Below are positions 40,490 through 52,366 of a stretch of 64,000 bases of DNA, in pieces (positions within the stretch are counted from its first letter, which is position 1; each line of letters begins with the position of its first letter). A program made the position numbers and the translations under genes. The notes beneath the pieces are model-generated. The model saw only the letters and a program-made list of their open reading frames with translations, was not told the DNA's origin and did not search any database. This stretch comes from Nitrospirota bacterium (GTDB lineage Bacteria > Nitrospirota > UBA9217): NCBI GenBank assembly GCA_963845065.1, contig CAWJQQ010000001.1:96001-160000 (forward strand), written 5' to 3'.

Positions 40490-40740
40490 TTGTGCGATCG
40501 GACTCGCTGCGTTTTTGACTGATCAGTTTTATTCTCCGGCTGAGATCATCATGGACGATAACCGCCAGGAAGTCTCAAGAAAGTTTGGAGTGACGAAGAC
40601 CGTTAATAGTGGAGGCAGGAAGGCGGTTTCGAGGGTCATGGACTTCACCTCGCACCTATCAGGTTGCCATCGGATCCGGCATGGTGGTACTGAATCGTGA
40701 CCTATATTCAACCAATAAGGCATCCGCGCTCACGTTTACG
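40490..40740 (+). pseudogene. Zinc-dependent alcohol dehydrogenase internal fragment
   Basis: IGLAAFLTDQFYSPAEIIMDDNRQEVSRKFG. Confidence 0.6.
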
Positions 40741-41114
40741 GTTTATCGTGCATCATGATTTCCTCTCCCAGACCTATTCCGCCTTATCCAAACCGCGTGC
40801 AGTTTGAGCTTTATAACACATAATTGCGAGAAAAGACGTTTTCTATGCCTGACGGAGAAGTTGACAGAATTTTTAACTTTCGTTAGCTTGACTATGATCA
40901 TTCTGCGTAATAGACTTGGATATATCAATCAGAAGGACAGTTTGTATGCTCGATTCAAAATGATAATGATGATTCCTGGCATTGACAGCCCTCCTCTGGG
41001 GACAAACCAGTACCGCCACGAATCCATTCTTTTTACTTGTAACTGTATCGAAGGTTCTTTTATTTCCCTGTTGCCCACATCACAAAGACGCTTTCAAAAA
41101 AAGGAGGACTGCAG

Positions 41115-42029
41115 ATGACAGAAAACAGAAAGATCAGGAAAGTATTTAAAAGCAAGCCTACACTCGAAGGAGCGGGCGTCCATCTCAGGCGGGTTTTCGG
41201 AAACAGCGAGGTTCCGCTCTTCGATCCGTTCCTGATGCTCGACGATTTTCGCAACACCGATCCCCATCACTACATCAAAGGTTTTCCCTGGCACCCTCAT
41301 CGAGGTATCGAGACGATTACGTATGTTCTAAAAGGTGACGTCGCGCATGGCGACAGCATGGGAAACAAGGGCATCATCACGTCGGGTGACATGCAGTGGA
41401 TGACTGCGGGGAGCGGCATCATTCATCAGGAGATGCCTAAGGGAGACAGCGAAGGCATAATGGATGGATTTCAGCTTTGGGCCAACCTCCCAAAATCCCA
41501 CAAGATGATGGATCCCCGGTACCGCGATATAAAGAGCTCGCAGGTGCCAGAGGTCATGATGAAGAGCGGCGCGAAGGTCAAGGTCATCTGCGGGACCGTG
41601 GAGAGGAAGCAGGGCCCGGTAAGGGACATCGTCATCGAGCCCGAGTATCTCGATGTCGCGCTCCCAGCCCTTTCCGAGTTCATACACAAGACCCCTCGCG
41701 GTCACACGGTCTTCGCCTACGTGATCGGCGGCAAAGGTGTTTTCTGCAATGAGAGGAATCCCTACGCCTACGATGTTGAGGGAGTAAACTATTTCGACAT
41801 GGAGCGCGATCAATTCATCCATAACGGAATGGCGGTACTTTTCGGCGACGGCGATCAGGTGACCATCTCTGCCCAGGACTTACCGGTACGCTTTCTGCTC
41901 ATATCAGGAAAACCCATCGGCGAACCTGTGGCCTGGTACGGCCCGATCGTGATGAATACCGATGAAGAGCTGCAGCTGGCGTTTGAAGAGTATCAGAACG
42001 GAACGTTTATAAAGCATCGAAATTTGTAG
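41115..42029 (+). CDS. Pirin family protein
   Basis: DPFLMLD, HPHRGIETITY, WMTAGSGIIHQE, GPIVMNT. Confidence 0.95.
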   Translation: MTENRKIRKVFKSKPTLEGAGVHLRRVFGNSEVPLFDPFLMLDDFRNTDPHHYIKGFPWHPHRGIETITYVLKGDVAHGDSMGNKGIITSGDMQWMTAGSGIIHQEMPKGDSEGIMDGFQLWANLPKSHKMMDPRYRDIKSSQVPEVMMKSGAKVKVICGTVERKQGPVRDIVIEPEYLDVALPALSEFIHKTPRGHTVFAYVIGGKGVFCNERNPYAYDVEGVNYFDMERDQFIHNGMAVLFGDGDQVTISAQDLPVRFLLISGKPIGEPVAWYGPIVMNTDEELQLAFEEYQNGTFIKHRNL

Positions 42030-42342
42030 TAAGGTTTACTTCCCATAACAGTGACATGGGAGGCAGATTGTGAGGCTGCGATTTGCCACGCATCAGGTAA
42101 TCATGGATTCATGAATTCAATGCGTATAGAGACTCTCAACCGTTAACGAAAATTCTTTTTGTGGTTAAACGGTGTTAGTATGCCGTCTAAGGCGCATGCC
42201 GCTACGTTGCGCACAGCACAGCACACATCTTTCTATTAGGAGAGGGGTGGCCCATAGGCTTGATTCACTGCAGACGAAGGCCTACGACTAGGTCGAGGGG
42301 CCATCAATTGGCAATCTGATACCAATAGATCATGGGGACGTA

Positions 42343-43956
42343 ATGAGGACCTCAGGTAGAGCGAACTCGACTTGGGCGCCGTTGCGTGTGAGGATCTTCC
42401 GCGCGCTTTGGCTCGCGGCCCTGGTGAGCAATATCGGCACCTGGATGCAAACCGTTGGGGCCCAGTGGATGTTGGTCTACCAGCCACATGCCTCGATCCT
42501 GGTCGCGCTGGTCCAGACCGCTGATATGTTGCCGGACGTAATGTTAGCGTACATCGGCGGCGTGCTCGCTGATACGTTCGATCGGCGCTGGCTTCTGATC
42601 GTTGTCCAGGGGGTGCTGGCCATTTTAGGGATGGTACTCACCATCCTGACGATTGCAGGCCATATGCCGCCTGCCCTCCTTCTGACGCTTACGTTTCTGC
42701 TCGGCGCCGGGTCGGCCTTCTCCGTGCCTGCATATCAGGCGATGATTCCTGATCTTATCCCGCGCCCCCAACTGCCTTCCGCATCTGCCCTGGGCTCGAT
42801 CAACATCAACTTGGCGCGGGCCGTCGGCCCGGCGATCGCTGGGGTACTGATCGAGCGGGCGGGGGTTGGGGCGGTCTTCGCGCTCAACACGGCCACATTT
42901 CTGGTCTTTGGGCTTGTGGTCGCTGCCTGGCACCCTCCTGCAGACATGGTATCACGGCACCCCGAGCGGTTCTTACCGGCGCTGCGGGCTGGGGGCCGGT
43001 ACGTTCGCCACTCCCCGGTGGTCCGCCGCATTCTGGTCCGTTCAGCGTTGTTTCTCGTGCCGGCGAGCGCACTGTGGGCGCTGCTGCCCCTGGTCGCAAG
43101 TCAGCGCCTCGGACTCGGCGCGAACGGCTATGGGTTGTTGCTGGGTGCGCTCGGGGCCGGTGCCGTTGCCGGCGCATTCACGCTCCCACGCCTCCGAGCC
43201 AGGCTTTCGATTAACGCCCTGTTGCGTGCTGCCAGTCTTATCTTCACTGCGGCGCTGATCGTGCTTGTACTGGTACCGAACGCTGCCGTGATCCTGATCA
43301 TGCTTATACCGACAGGGATCGCGTGGATCGCTGTCCTCTCGAGCATGAACGCCGAGATGCAACTCTTTCTCCCGGCGTGGGTGCGCGCCCGTGGTCTCTC
43401 GGTCTATCAGATGGTCTTCTTCGGCGCTCAGGCGGGTAGTGCCGTGATCTGGGGCGTTATTGCCGGGTCGGCAGGACTCATAACGGCCTTTCTTATCGCA
43501 GCGGTGGTCATGGCCGCAGAGGTAGCGATCATCCATATCTGGCCCCTCCTCGACACGAGAGGCATGGACCGCAGCCTGGCAGTGTACTGGCCCGAGCCCC
43601 ATTTAATAGTCGACCCCGACCCGCAGGCAGGGCCCGTGCTCGTGACAACAACCTACACCGTCGCGCAAGAAAATGAGCAGCTGTTCCTCCAGACGATGAG
43701 CTGGGTGCGAAAGTCGCGGCTGCGGACTGGGGCGGCGAGGTGGGGGCTCTACCGCGACGGGGAGACAGCGCACCGTTTTTTGGAAATCTTTGTCGTCCCC
43801 TCGTGGGAAGAGCATTTGAGGCAACACCGCGAGCGGCTGACCGGATTCGACCGTCAGTATGAAGAGCAGGCTGACGCCCTTTCCAACCCGTCATCTCAGA
43901 CGGCGCACTTTACCGGCGTTGATATTCGGACAGATGACGGGACGGTAACTGGTTAA
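42343..43956 (+). CDS. MFS transporter (MFS_3 type) with C-terminal soluble domain
   Basis: SNIGTWMQ, GVLADTFDRR, NLARAVGPA, SWEEHLRQH. Confidence 0.92.
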   Translation: MRTSGRANSTWAPLRVRIFRALWLAALVSNIGTWMQTVGAQWMLVYQPHASILVALVQTADMLPDVMLAYIGGVLADTFDRRWLLIVVQGVLAILGMVLTILTIAGHMPPALLLTLTFLLGAGSAFSVPAYQAMIPDLIPRPQLPSASALGSININLARAVGPAIAGVLIERAGVGAVFALNTATFLVFGLVVAAWHPPADMVSRHPERFLPALRAGGRYVRHSPVVRRILVRSALFLVPASALWALLPLVASQRLGLGANGYGLLLGALGAGAVAGAFTLPRLRARLSINALLRAASLIFTAALIVLVLVPNAAVILIMLIPTGIAWIAVLSSMNAEMQLFLPAWVRARGLSVYQMVFFGAQAGSAVIWGVIAGSAGLITAFLIAAVVMAAEVAIIHIWPLLDTRGMDRSLAVYWPEPHLIVDPDPQAGPVLVTTTYTVAQENEQLFLQTMSWVRKSRLRTGAARWGLYRDGETAHRFLEIFVVPSWEEHLRQHRERLTGFDRQYEEQADALSNPSSQTAHFTGVDIRTDDGTVTG

Positions 43957-43959
43957 AGA

Positions 43960-44164
43960 ATTCAAGTTGTAAATCACGCTATTGAAATGAATAGAAACTC
44001 GTTTGATACAGGATGAATTTGCTGAGAGAAAACTTTGTCAATAAATGCAATGATACATACTGAATTTTGCACCCCCGCTATTATTATATGAAACTTGACT
44101 ACATCTACAAGCTTGCACCAGCGCAAGCTGAATAGGAGCTGCAGAATACCAGTTCAAACTTGTA
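43960..44164. repeat. ORF-less attC-adjacent element, copy E7
   Basis: TACAGGATG..AGAAAACTT..AAATGCAATGATAC..TGAATTTTGCACC..TATTATATGAAACT..CATCTACAAGCTTGCACC. Confidence 0.85.
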
Positions 44165-44216
44165 TACAAACAAAGCTAACCGGCGTTGGACGAGCGTGTT
44201 GAGCGACGGGTTAGAT
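44165..44216 (-). other. attC site (52 bp)
   Basis: Minus strand: ATCTAAC-CCGTC-GCTCAAC..GTTAGC-TTT-GTTTGTA; begins 2 nt after the gene stop. Confidence 0.7.
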
Positions 44217-44218
44217 CC

Positions 44219-44464
44219 TTATGCTCGCTTGATGAGACGCAAAATGAAAATAAGCACTATCGCACCGATGGTTGCTACGATAATGGCGCCGAGTAGACCC
44301 CCGCCCAAGGACACTCCAAAGGAGCGAAACAGAAAACCTCCTAGCAATGCGCCTACCACGCCCACGACGATGTCGCCAATGACGCCGAAGCCGCCGCCCT
44401 TCATGAGCTGTCCAGCGAGCCACCCAGCCACCAGCCCAATCAAGATAAACCAGATAAATTCCAT
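44219..44464 (-). CDS. GlsB/YeaQ/YmgE (transglycosylase-associated) membrane protein
   Basis: IGLVAGWLAG..GDIVVGVVGALLGG..ATIGA. Confidence 0.92.
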   Translation of the reverse strand: MEFIWFILIGLVAGWLAGQLMKGGGFGVIGDIVVGVVGALLGGFLFRSFGVSLGGGLLGAIIVATIGAIVLIFILRLIKRA

Positions 44465-44691
44465 GATTTTTCCCCTCCTACGAAATACTTGTTTATACTG
44501 ACCGCTTCACGGAAGTATAGAACGGTACACTTTCGATATAGTGGCCCCGCGTTTCTATGCCGGGCTGGAAACTGGCAAACTTTTTACCGCCGCATGCGGC
44601 GGTGGTTCTCGTCACCAGTAATTCAAGCCCGAAATAAGGAGCCGCGCGTATGTTTTAGTGCGTCCGCGGCCCTTTGTCGTACACGATACCA

Positions 44692-45114
44692 TTACTTGAT
44701 CTCAATGCGGTGGTGAAGCAGATAGACCAGAACCACGACGAGAATAGCTACGACTAGAAGGCTTATAAGAATGTCGACTCCGTCTCCGCCCGCTTGGAGC
44801 GAGTCCGTGTGAGTCGCGAGCTGATGGATCTGCTCGTCCGAAAGCTTGTTCACCCGCGCCATTGTCTCCTCGGGGGAAAGCCCGTAGTCCATAAGTTTTT
44901 GCTGGAGGATTTTAGATTCAAACGCCATCTGGATCTTAGCCATATCTGCCGCCCGACCCGCGGATACCGCCGTTGACTCGGTCATATCCTGATGAGGTGA
45001 GGCAGGGACGAACATGGCATCGGCTGGTCCGGCGAAGGTTGAGATCGCAAGCAGCGCTACTACCAGATAGATCACGAGCGGTTTTGTATAGAACGCCTTG
45101 AGCATGGTTTTCAT
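44692..45114 (-). CDS. PA2779-family exported protein
   Basis: L..YG.SPEE...RV..LSDE.I.QLA...LQAGGD plus a C-terminal transmembrane segment. Confidence 0.8.
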   Translation of the reverse strand: MKTMLKAFYTKPLVIYLVVALLAISTFAGPADAMFVPASPHQDMTESTAVSAGRAADMAKIQMAFESKILQQKLMDYGLSPEETMARVNKLSDEQIHQLATHTDSLQAGGDGVDILISLLVVAILVVVLVYLLHHRIEIK

Positions 45115-45483
45115 AGATTGAGCGTCTCCTGACTCATTTCAAACCTCGTTATTGCCTGATAACGACTTTGTTCTCCTAATTACATCATGCTATTGATCAA
45201 AGTGTACCAGCTTATCAGGTAATGGTCAAGTTCATGACTTTCTTTCCTGGCAATTTTCAACATCAAATGAATACACCTAAAAGTGGCTCGCAAGTATTAC
45301 ACTTCAAATACAATCTCCTTATAATTTCACAGGTGCATGACAAGTAAATATTGTGTGAGTGCGTTAAACCAAGATTTGCAAATTGGATGGTGTCTCAGAC
45401 GCACGGAAAGAGCCGGAAATTTCGAATCTGAATCTGCCCTATTAAGTAATTGTCGTCTGAGGTTAAGAAGTTTCAAAACAGTT

Positions 45484-46915
45484 TCAGGGTTGTCGCACAG
45501 CACCGTTATGAAAGACCTCGCATTTGCCGCCTCGAAAGAAACGTTTTGCCTTTCTGTAAAGATGGGTGAATTGGCCTGCAAGGGACTCGGCTGCGCTAAC
45601 GGCGCTGACCGTGGGACTCCGAAAGGACCGCTGACACTTTGTTTGATAGTTGCACACCCCTTGTCATCGAGAAGCGCCACGATTACATTATCATATCGTT
45701 CGGTGACAAGGTTGAGCTTGCCTTTAAGTGCGACCCGATAATGGCTCGTCGCAAGGGCGCAATCCGTAGCGTCCGCAACACCATCCCTAATCTTCCAATG
45801 CGAGATGAACTGTGTAATCGTGCCTGTCCTCTCTGGGTCTGGTAGTAAACGTCTCCGAATCGGTATGCCTTGAGCGCAAAGGTATTGACGATTGGGCCGA
45901 GCGGGCCGACGATGAAGAACGCGCCGAGGTCGACGAGGTGGAACTCCTGGCTCGATTCATACGATGAGAGGACCTTGTCGAGGTCCATAGTATAAATGAC
46001 AAGATTATCACCCCGGAGAGAAAATGTGCCTTCCACGCTACTCATAAGAGTGCGACTTCCTTTCATTTTCATCATCACGGAGGCAAAAAGGTCTCCCTTC
46101 CCGCCGATCACTTTGTTTGTGCCGTAAGCCTCTTCAAGTTTTTCGAAGTCTAGGTCCGGTACCTTCAAATTGATTTTATACACAGCATTGACTTCCGACC
46201 TGTCTATCGTGGCATCTCCTTCACCCTTCGTACCGAAGATATCCATAGTAAGGGGCATGAGATCCCTTCTCCGCTTTTATAGGGCACTTGACATTGTCAA
46301 TTTTTAGGTTCTTTCTCCTCACCTCCTTGCAGTCCAGACTTCCCCTAAATGAGCGTTCTTGATAATGTCCCCTGAGGTATTGTCTATCGCGATGTCTTTT
46401 ATAGCCAGGCTGATTTCATTCAACTCGATCTTAATACCAGTTTTCTTATCAAGATAGGCCAGTGCCCCTTGGGACAGCCTGAATTCTTTCAATCTGAAAG
46501 CTGCTCCCAGCCCCGCTTCAGTCGGTTTCTTTCCAGAATTTTCGATATTAAACTTCCCCTCGGCGTCTTTCACGATGGTGATAGTCGGTTTGAGAAGCTC
46601 GCAACTGGTGACGTTGAGTTGCCTCTTCAGCAAAGGTATTAACTCCACCCCTAACTTTAGTTTTTTGATGAAAATAATTTCGTCTCCCTTGTTGGCGACA
46701 TAGATATCATAAGCTGATACGCTAAAGGGAAAGAAAGAGAGCCCCATCTTCCCATTAATCCTGACATCCAGGCCGGTGGCCTCGGAGGCCGTGCTTTCGA
46801 TGCGGGGCCTCTAAGAATTAATATCGAATACCATGACAGCGACAATTGCAGCGATCACAATCAGGGCTACGACGACGCCCGCGATAATCAGGGCTTTTTT
46901 CCTTTTCGATCCCAT
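45484..46915 (-). pseudogene. AsmA-family protein, multiply disrupted
   Basis: Signal anchor then an in-frame TAG; ORFs 46319-46747 and 45683-46258 are consecutive frameshifted pieces. Confidence 0.75.
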
Positions 46916-47361
46916 GGCTTTCACTCCGTGATAAGCATTTAATTACCTTAATTATATACATATTTACCCATTGTGTAAATTCTAGCGCAAGAGATTAACT
47001 TGGGGCAATGCGACGCGGCAATAAATCAGAGGAAAAGCATTTTCATCAAGAAGGTTTATTCAACATTCTTCGACTACACTTAATGATTTTCAAACAATGG
47101 AAACTTTAAGGAGTAAAGGATGAAGGTTTGAGGAATCAATCTATCACAATATGCGAAATTCACCTACGCGCATGTAATGTCAGAAATATGTCAAGGGTGA
47201 AGAATGCCGATTGTAACTTATATATGACAGTGGGGGTGAGAGACGCGCGCCTTATGCGCGAAAATCTTTTTATCTTTCCTTTACATTGGCGGAAAATCAG
47301 ATACAATTATCTTTAGCCATTTCGTAAAGGTTGAATTGAAAAAAATGACAAAGATCATGCC

Positions 47362-48846
47362 ATGAACGCGCTCCTCGTTTATCCTGAATTCCCCGACACT
47401 TTCTGGAGTTTCCGGCACGCCTTGAAGTTTATCAACAGAAAGGCGAGCAGTCCTCCCTTGGGATTATTGACGATAGCGTCGATGCTTCCCGAGGCGTGGA
47501 AGAAGAGGCTTGTCGACATGAACGTGGAGCGCCTGCGTGACGATCACCTGAAATGGGCTGATCTGGTTCTGGTGAGTGCAATGTCCGTGCAGAAAGAATC
47601 GGCAAGAGGGGTGCTGGCACGTTGCAGGTCGGCTGGTGTCAGGAGCGTCGCGGGCGGACCTCTTTTCACGACCGACTATGAAGCGTTTGGAGAAGTGGAC
47701 CATCTGGTGCTGAACGAGGCCGAAATCACCTTGCCTCGTTTCCTTGAGGATTTTAGCAAGGGCTCTCCCGGCCGAATCTATTCCACGGAAGAGTGGGCGG
47801 ATGTACGAACGACGCCCACCCCCCTGTGGAGGCTCGTAAACATGAGGCACTATGCCTCGATTAATATCCAGTATTCCCGGGGCTGTCCGTTCAATTGCGA
47901 GTTTTGTGATATCACCCAGTTGTGCGGCCGCAAACCCCGCTCGAAGGACCGGGAGCAGGTGCTCAGGGAGCTCGATAGCTTGTACGCGTACGGCTTCAGG
48001 GGCCAGGTCTTCTTTGTCGACGACAACTTTATCGGAAACAAGAAAAAGCTGAGGGAGGAGATCCTCCCTGCCATCGTCGAATGGATGGAGGAAAAAAGGC
48101 ATCCCTTCACGTTCAACACACAGGCATCCATAGAGTTGTCCGATCATGAAGACCTTATGAACATGATGGTCGATGCCGGGTTCGATGTCGTCTTTGTCGG
48201 GATTGAGACGCCCCATGAGGAGAGCCTTACCGAATGCAGCAAATTCCAGAACAAAAATCGCGATCTCCTGGCCAGCATCAGGAATATCCAGAGGTCCGGC
48301 CTCGAGGTGCAGGGAGGGTTCATTGTCGGCTTTGACCAGGACCCGGTCACCATATTCGACACCCAGATCAGGTTCATCCAGGCGAGCGGGGTCGTCACGG
48401 CCATGGTCGGCATTCTTATTGCCCTGCCGCGCACACAGCTTTACGAAAGGCTGAAGCAGGAAAAGCGGCTGCTCCAGGAGACCTCCGGGAACAATACCGA
48501 TTTCGAGACCAATTTTGTACCGCGCATGGACTATGACCTGCTGATCAACGGCTACAAAAAGGTCCTCAAGACCCTCTATTCACCCCGCCATTTTTATGCA
48601 AGGGTCAGGACGTTTCTTAGGGAGTATGTCCCACCGCAAAAGAGGAGGTTTCGTTTCCGTTTCAACTACCTCGCCGCGTTTGTCAGGTCCATCGTAGTAT
48701 TGGGGATCATCGGAAAGGAACGCTTTCACTACTGGGGACTTCTGTTCTGGACCCTGTTCAACCGTCCCCGCCTCTTGCCCCAGGCCATCACCTTCTCGAT
48801 CTATGGTTTCCATTTCCGGAAAGTCTTTGAGAAACAGGTTCGTTGA
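47362..48846 (+). CDS. B12-binding radical SAM protein (DUF4070 type)
   Basis: PPLGLLT, SRGCPFNCEFC, FVDDNF, GFIVGFD. Confidence 0.95.
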   Translation: MNALLVYPEFPDTFWSFRHALKFINRKASSPPLGLLTIASMLPEAWKKRLVDMNVERLRDDHLKWADLVLVSAMSVQKESARGVLARCRSAGVRSVAGGPLFTTDYEAFGEVDHLVLNEAEITLPRFLEDFSKGSPGRIYSTEEWADVRTTPTPLWRLVNMRHYASINIQYSRGCPFNCEFCDITQLCGRKPRSKDREQVLRELDSLYAYGFRGQVFFVDDNFIGNKKKLREEILPAIVEWMEEKRHPFTFNTQASIELSDHEDLMNMMVDAGFDVVFVGIETPHEESLTECSKFQNKNRDLLASIRNIQRSGLEVQGGFIVGFDQDPVTIFDTQIRFIQASGVVTAMVGILIALPRTQLYERLKQEKRLLQETSGNNTDFETNFVPRMDYDLLINGYKKVLKTLYSPRHFYARVRTFLREYVPPQKRRFRFRFNYLAAFVRSIVVLGIIGKERFHYWGLLFWTLFNRPRLLPQAITFSIYGFHFRKVFEKQVR

Positions 48847-49049
48847 AAACGGAAGGCAAACCGAACGGAAACGCAGGCTACGAACATCATGCGTCCTTTA
48901 TTGACAATCGGGTCCCAGGTCCACGAGGGGATCCGCCGCTCCCCAGTCCCAGCCTTGACGACGATCATACCTCCCCATGACGGAATTGAGCGAACTATCC
49001 ATCTTTGCACATCTATCAAACACAGACGATGTGCATGATTCAGATTCAA

Positions 49050-49100
49050 AATTGAAGTTTTGCCAGAAATGGTAATTTCAACAGCTACAGGATGAACCGC
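49050..49100. repeat. Partial ORF-less element, copy E8
   Basis: GAAATGGTAATTTCAACAGCTACAGGATGAA aligns with E1 and E9. Confidence 0.45.
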
Positions 49101-49391
49101 GCATTTTTATGTTTTATCGAAAAGTGTACAATACGGAGAGGATCTTTTTCCTATCATTATTACTAATTGAATCTTGCTATCATCCTAAAAACCCCTGCTT
49201 GAAAGCGGCCAAGAAAAATCGATATAGCCAAGAACTTCTAGCCACGCAGAGATTAGAACAACTCATCTTTTTTATTCAAATAACGCAACCTCAGCTTGAA
49301 AGGGCCATCGAATCGCCTGAGCCTGTTGCCACTATTATGCCATTAGAAAGCAAAAAGCCTGTCAAAAAGACACGCTAAGTGCTTGAGTATT

Positions 49392-49456
49392 TGGAACCGG
49401 CAAGTGGGATTGAACCACCGACCTGCTGATTACGAATTATCAGCTCTACCAGTTAG
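49392..49456 (-). other. tRNA-Thr(CGT) 3' fragment (att-site remnant)
   Basis: TTCGTAATCAGCAGGTCGGTGGTTCAATCCCACTTGCCGGTTCCA; 5' acceptor strand absent; followed by IHF-like ACTCAAGCACTTA. Confidence 0.75.
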
Positions 49457-49869
49457 ATCTCTATTATCAATACTTTATCGGATGTCAAATTAACTTATAA
49501 GTTAGTCATTTTCAATTTGACCCTGGCTTCCTCGTCTACACTTGCCCATTCAGTATTTGGGCTTTTCCCGAGTCACTTAATCTTGCCAAATCCTGCCAAA
49601 GGATGATCTCGCCACATCCCCTTCTTTTATCCCAATGTCTTTTATAGGTTTTGTTCTTTCGAACTTGAAGGGGTATTTTTTATCGGACACCACATTAGCT
49701 TTAAGTTATTCCTTCGAAATTGAAGAGGTAGTTTATTATCGGACACCACGGAATATTAAGCATATCCGCCCTACACAAATATTGATATGCTGTTTACGAG
49801 CGCAGATTGCGATGTCAGGTAGTTCCTACCGTTGCCTTACTTCAACCCTGTATATAACGTGTGTCCGAA

Positions 49870-50263
49870 CTGGATCGTCACAAACGGTGCCACGCTAAAA
49901 TGGTCTCAAACCTGACGATGTTGGCGACATCATCTAATGCTTTTTTCTCCAAGCGCTTTCCGATCTCTGCTAAGGTCTTTCGCTCCCCGACGGTAAGCCG
50001 GAGGCGCCCTTTAAGTTGATCCCGTAATATGCGGTTTTCCGTCACCAGGTATTCATTACGAAGAATCAGTTCCTGGTCAACCGATCCTGATATATAGACG
50101 AGCAGGCTTTTCCAGTCTACGTCGTCTCCTCTCTGATAATCTTTTTGATAAATATCAGAGCGAGTATAGATGCTCGGATTTGTGAGTTCAAGGGGAAAGG
50201 AGCGACAAACTATGTTTTAAAAAACCATGTAAAACAGCAAGATTGAATATTTTGACCTTACGG
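49870..50263 (-). mobile_element. Transposase N-terminal fragment with probable element end
   Basis: DQELILRNEYLVTENRILR..RLRLT..ERKTLA..ETILAWHR; probable terminus CCCGTAAGGTCAAAA. Confidence 0.65.
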
Positions 50264-50269
50264 GCACAC

Positions 50270-50829
50270 GTGTAAACGTCGTGCGCAATCGTGGTCCGGT
50301 CGTGACCTATGGCGTGAACGATATGGTGCTCGACAACTGGGGGTTTGTGGATCGGTGGATTGCCGAAGAGAACATCACTTCACATGGACCGAGCGGTATC
50401 GGCTTCGTGAATTTTGGAATCGTAAACGATCTGAAAATTCAAGCCCCGATTGAAACCTTTGGAAGAGGAGCCCGCGGTTTTAACGTGTATACAGGTACGG
50501 TGCACTATGCCGATTTTGATCGCATCGTCACGCATGCGGATGGGGCTGTGGGAATCCAGATCAGCCAACCAATTGGTAGCCTCGTCGTGCGTCGGGGCAT
50601 CGAGACGTTTGGCGGAACGGGCGATTCACTGGTTAAAGGTGTGGTGGTGAAGCTATCTGCCATTGGATTGAGCGTGAAACACGGCGGCTCGGCGCGCGAA
50701 ATTGAGATCGATGGTGGAGTCATCACTCATGGTGAAGGTATTGCTCCTGTCGAACTGCACGGGTCGATTCAGTCACTACGGGTTAGTGGCGGATTTGAAG
50801 CAGCGGGTATCGGTTTCGACAAGATATGA
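50270..50829 (+). pseudogene. 5'-truncated beta-rich hypothetical protein
   Basis: Repetitive T.G.G..G motifs; no RBS or ATG; begins at the transposon junction. Confidence 0.6.
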
Positions 50830-51070
50830 CATTATTAATTGTCAGAACAAACTTTGGGGTTGTGTATTTTGTGGTGCACAACCACCCGCCGCAACGGATT
50901 CGCCTCAGGCAGCGCGCATCACATTCCTCTTTAAAAAGATATCATACGATGGGATTTTGTCAATAGGCCTGTCAATGCGACGTTTGTCCTGCTCACCATA
51001 CAAGTCGTTTTTAGCACCAATCTATCTCTGGCATTGTCGCTTGAGGCAGCTATGATTACTTCGAACACAC

Positions 51071-51622
51071 TCACACCATGCCCATTTTTTCACCAAGCTT
51101 ATGTACCTTGAAGCTTAAAACGATCAAGATCGCGCCGAACAGACATGCGTAGGTGGCGATCAGCCAGATGAGGCCCAGTACACCGGCAGCCATAAATCTA
51201 ATCAGCAAAAGCGCGATGATGATAGACACAACTCCGCCCACAGCCAGCCACCATTCCCCGGTAACGACCTTCCTGAGCCGCAGTGCTGCGGCGATCTCGA
51301 GTACTCCTGCGGCCAGAGCCCAGGCAGCGATATAGAGAAACAGAGCAATTCCGGTGATGCCGGGAGCAAAGGCGGTTATGATGCCGGCACCCACACCCAG
51401 CAACCCCTCCATCAGCAGCACGACCCGGTCATCCTCCTCTTTTCGGCCACCTACTGCGTTAATGATCAAAAAGGCGCCATTCACGAAAACATAGGCTCCG
51501 AAAAAGAGCACCAGGGTGCTCACAGTTATCCCCGGCCATAATAAGGCTAGCACGCCGAACAGGATCGCAACAATCCCTCTCAATAGAATTAACCACCAAT
51601 AGCGGAAAAGGACACTTAGCAT
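51071..51622 (-). CDS. HdeD/DUF308-family membrane protein
   Basis: WWLILLRG..LFG....WP..T...L..FFGAY; AAGGAG RBS. Confidence 0.9.
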   Translation of the reverse strand: MLSVLFRYWWLILLRGIVAILFGVLALLWPGITVSTLVLFFGAYVFVNGAFLIINAVGGRKEEDDRVVLLMEGLLGVGAGIITAFAPGITGIALFLYIAAWALAAGVLEIAAALRLRKVVTGEWWLAVGGVVSIIIALLLIRFMAAGVLGLIWLIATYACLFGAILIVLSFKVHKLGEKMGMV

Positions 51623-51634
51623 ATCAAACTCCTT

Positions 51635-52264
51635 TCATGGCAAATTGTTGCGTTGCGCCAGCATCCGGGTCATGACTACTTTATAAATACTTCCGCTAGG
51701 AGAAAACTCAATCCAGTAGACATTAGTGGAATCAACGGCTATACCATACGGTAAATAATTCACAACCCCGGAATACATTCCTGGGGTAAGGTTCGTTACA
51801 GGGCCTCCGTTTATTCCTACCTTATTTATGGTTAAGTCGCACATATCTCAAGTGGAACACATTTCAGTCCAGTAAACACTGGTGGAATCGACTACCATTT
51901 TTTGGAGCCAACCGCTCAATCCGGAGATGAGAGTCGTGACTGTACCACCGTTTTTATTCACCTTCTCTATACCAATGCTATCAGCCCAGTAGACATTGGT
52001 GGAATCTATAGCGATGGTGAAGGGATAAATCGTTCCAGTGGCCAAGGTTGTTACAATCCCTCCATTTATCCCAACTTTCAATAAGCTGTCACCATTAGTC
52101 CAGTAGACACCGGTGGAATCGTTGCCGGCAGTAGCTACGATTCCTGGGGGATAGGGTACGCCAGCCTGCGTACTGCTTCCCTTGCCGCAGTTCGCGACAA
52201 GTAGGCAAATCACAACTAATAAAGAGAATGCCGTCGGAATCATCTTCAGCGCTAATCCTCCCAA
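51635..52264 (-). pseudogene. Decayed beta-propeller lipoprotein, paralogous to 12249-14267
   Basis: IA(V/I)DSTNVYW blades; internal deletion after VATAGND; in-frame stop at ~51848. Confidence 0.7.
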
Positions 52265-52366
52265 TCATACTTGTAATACGCCGTTGGGACCATGTCTATC
52301 GAGCGAAGTCGCAGTTAACACTAAAATTAAATGAAACTTGTTACTGTTCATCATATACTAGATGCG

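Noticed and set aside
44505..44695. Peptidase C39 (PA2778-like) gene after the PA2779-family gene
   Set aside because: Only a short frameshifted GHYIESVPFY stub remains; too little to call as a feature.
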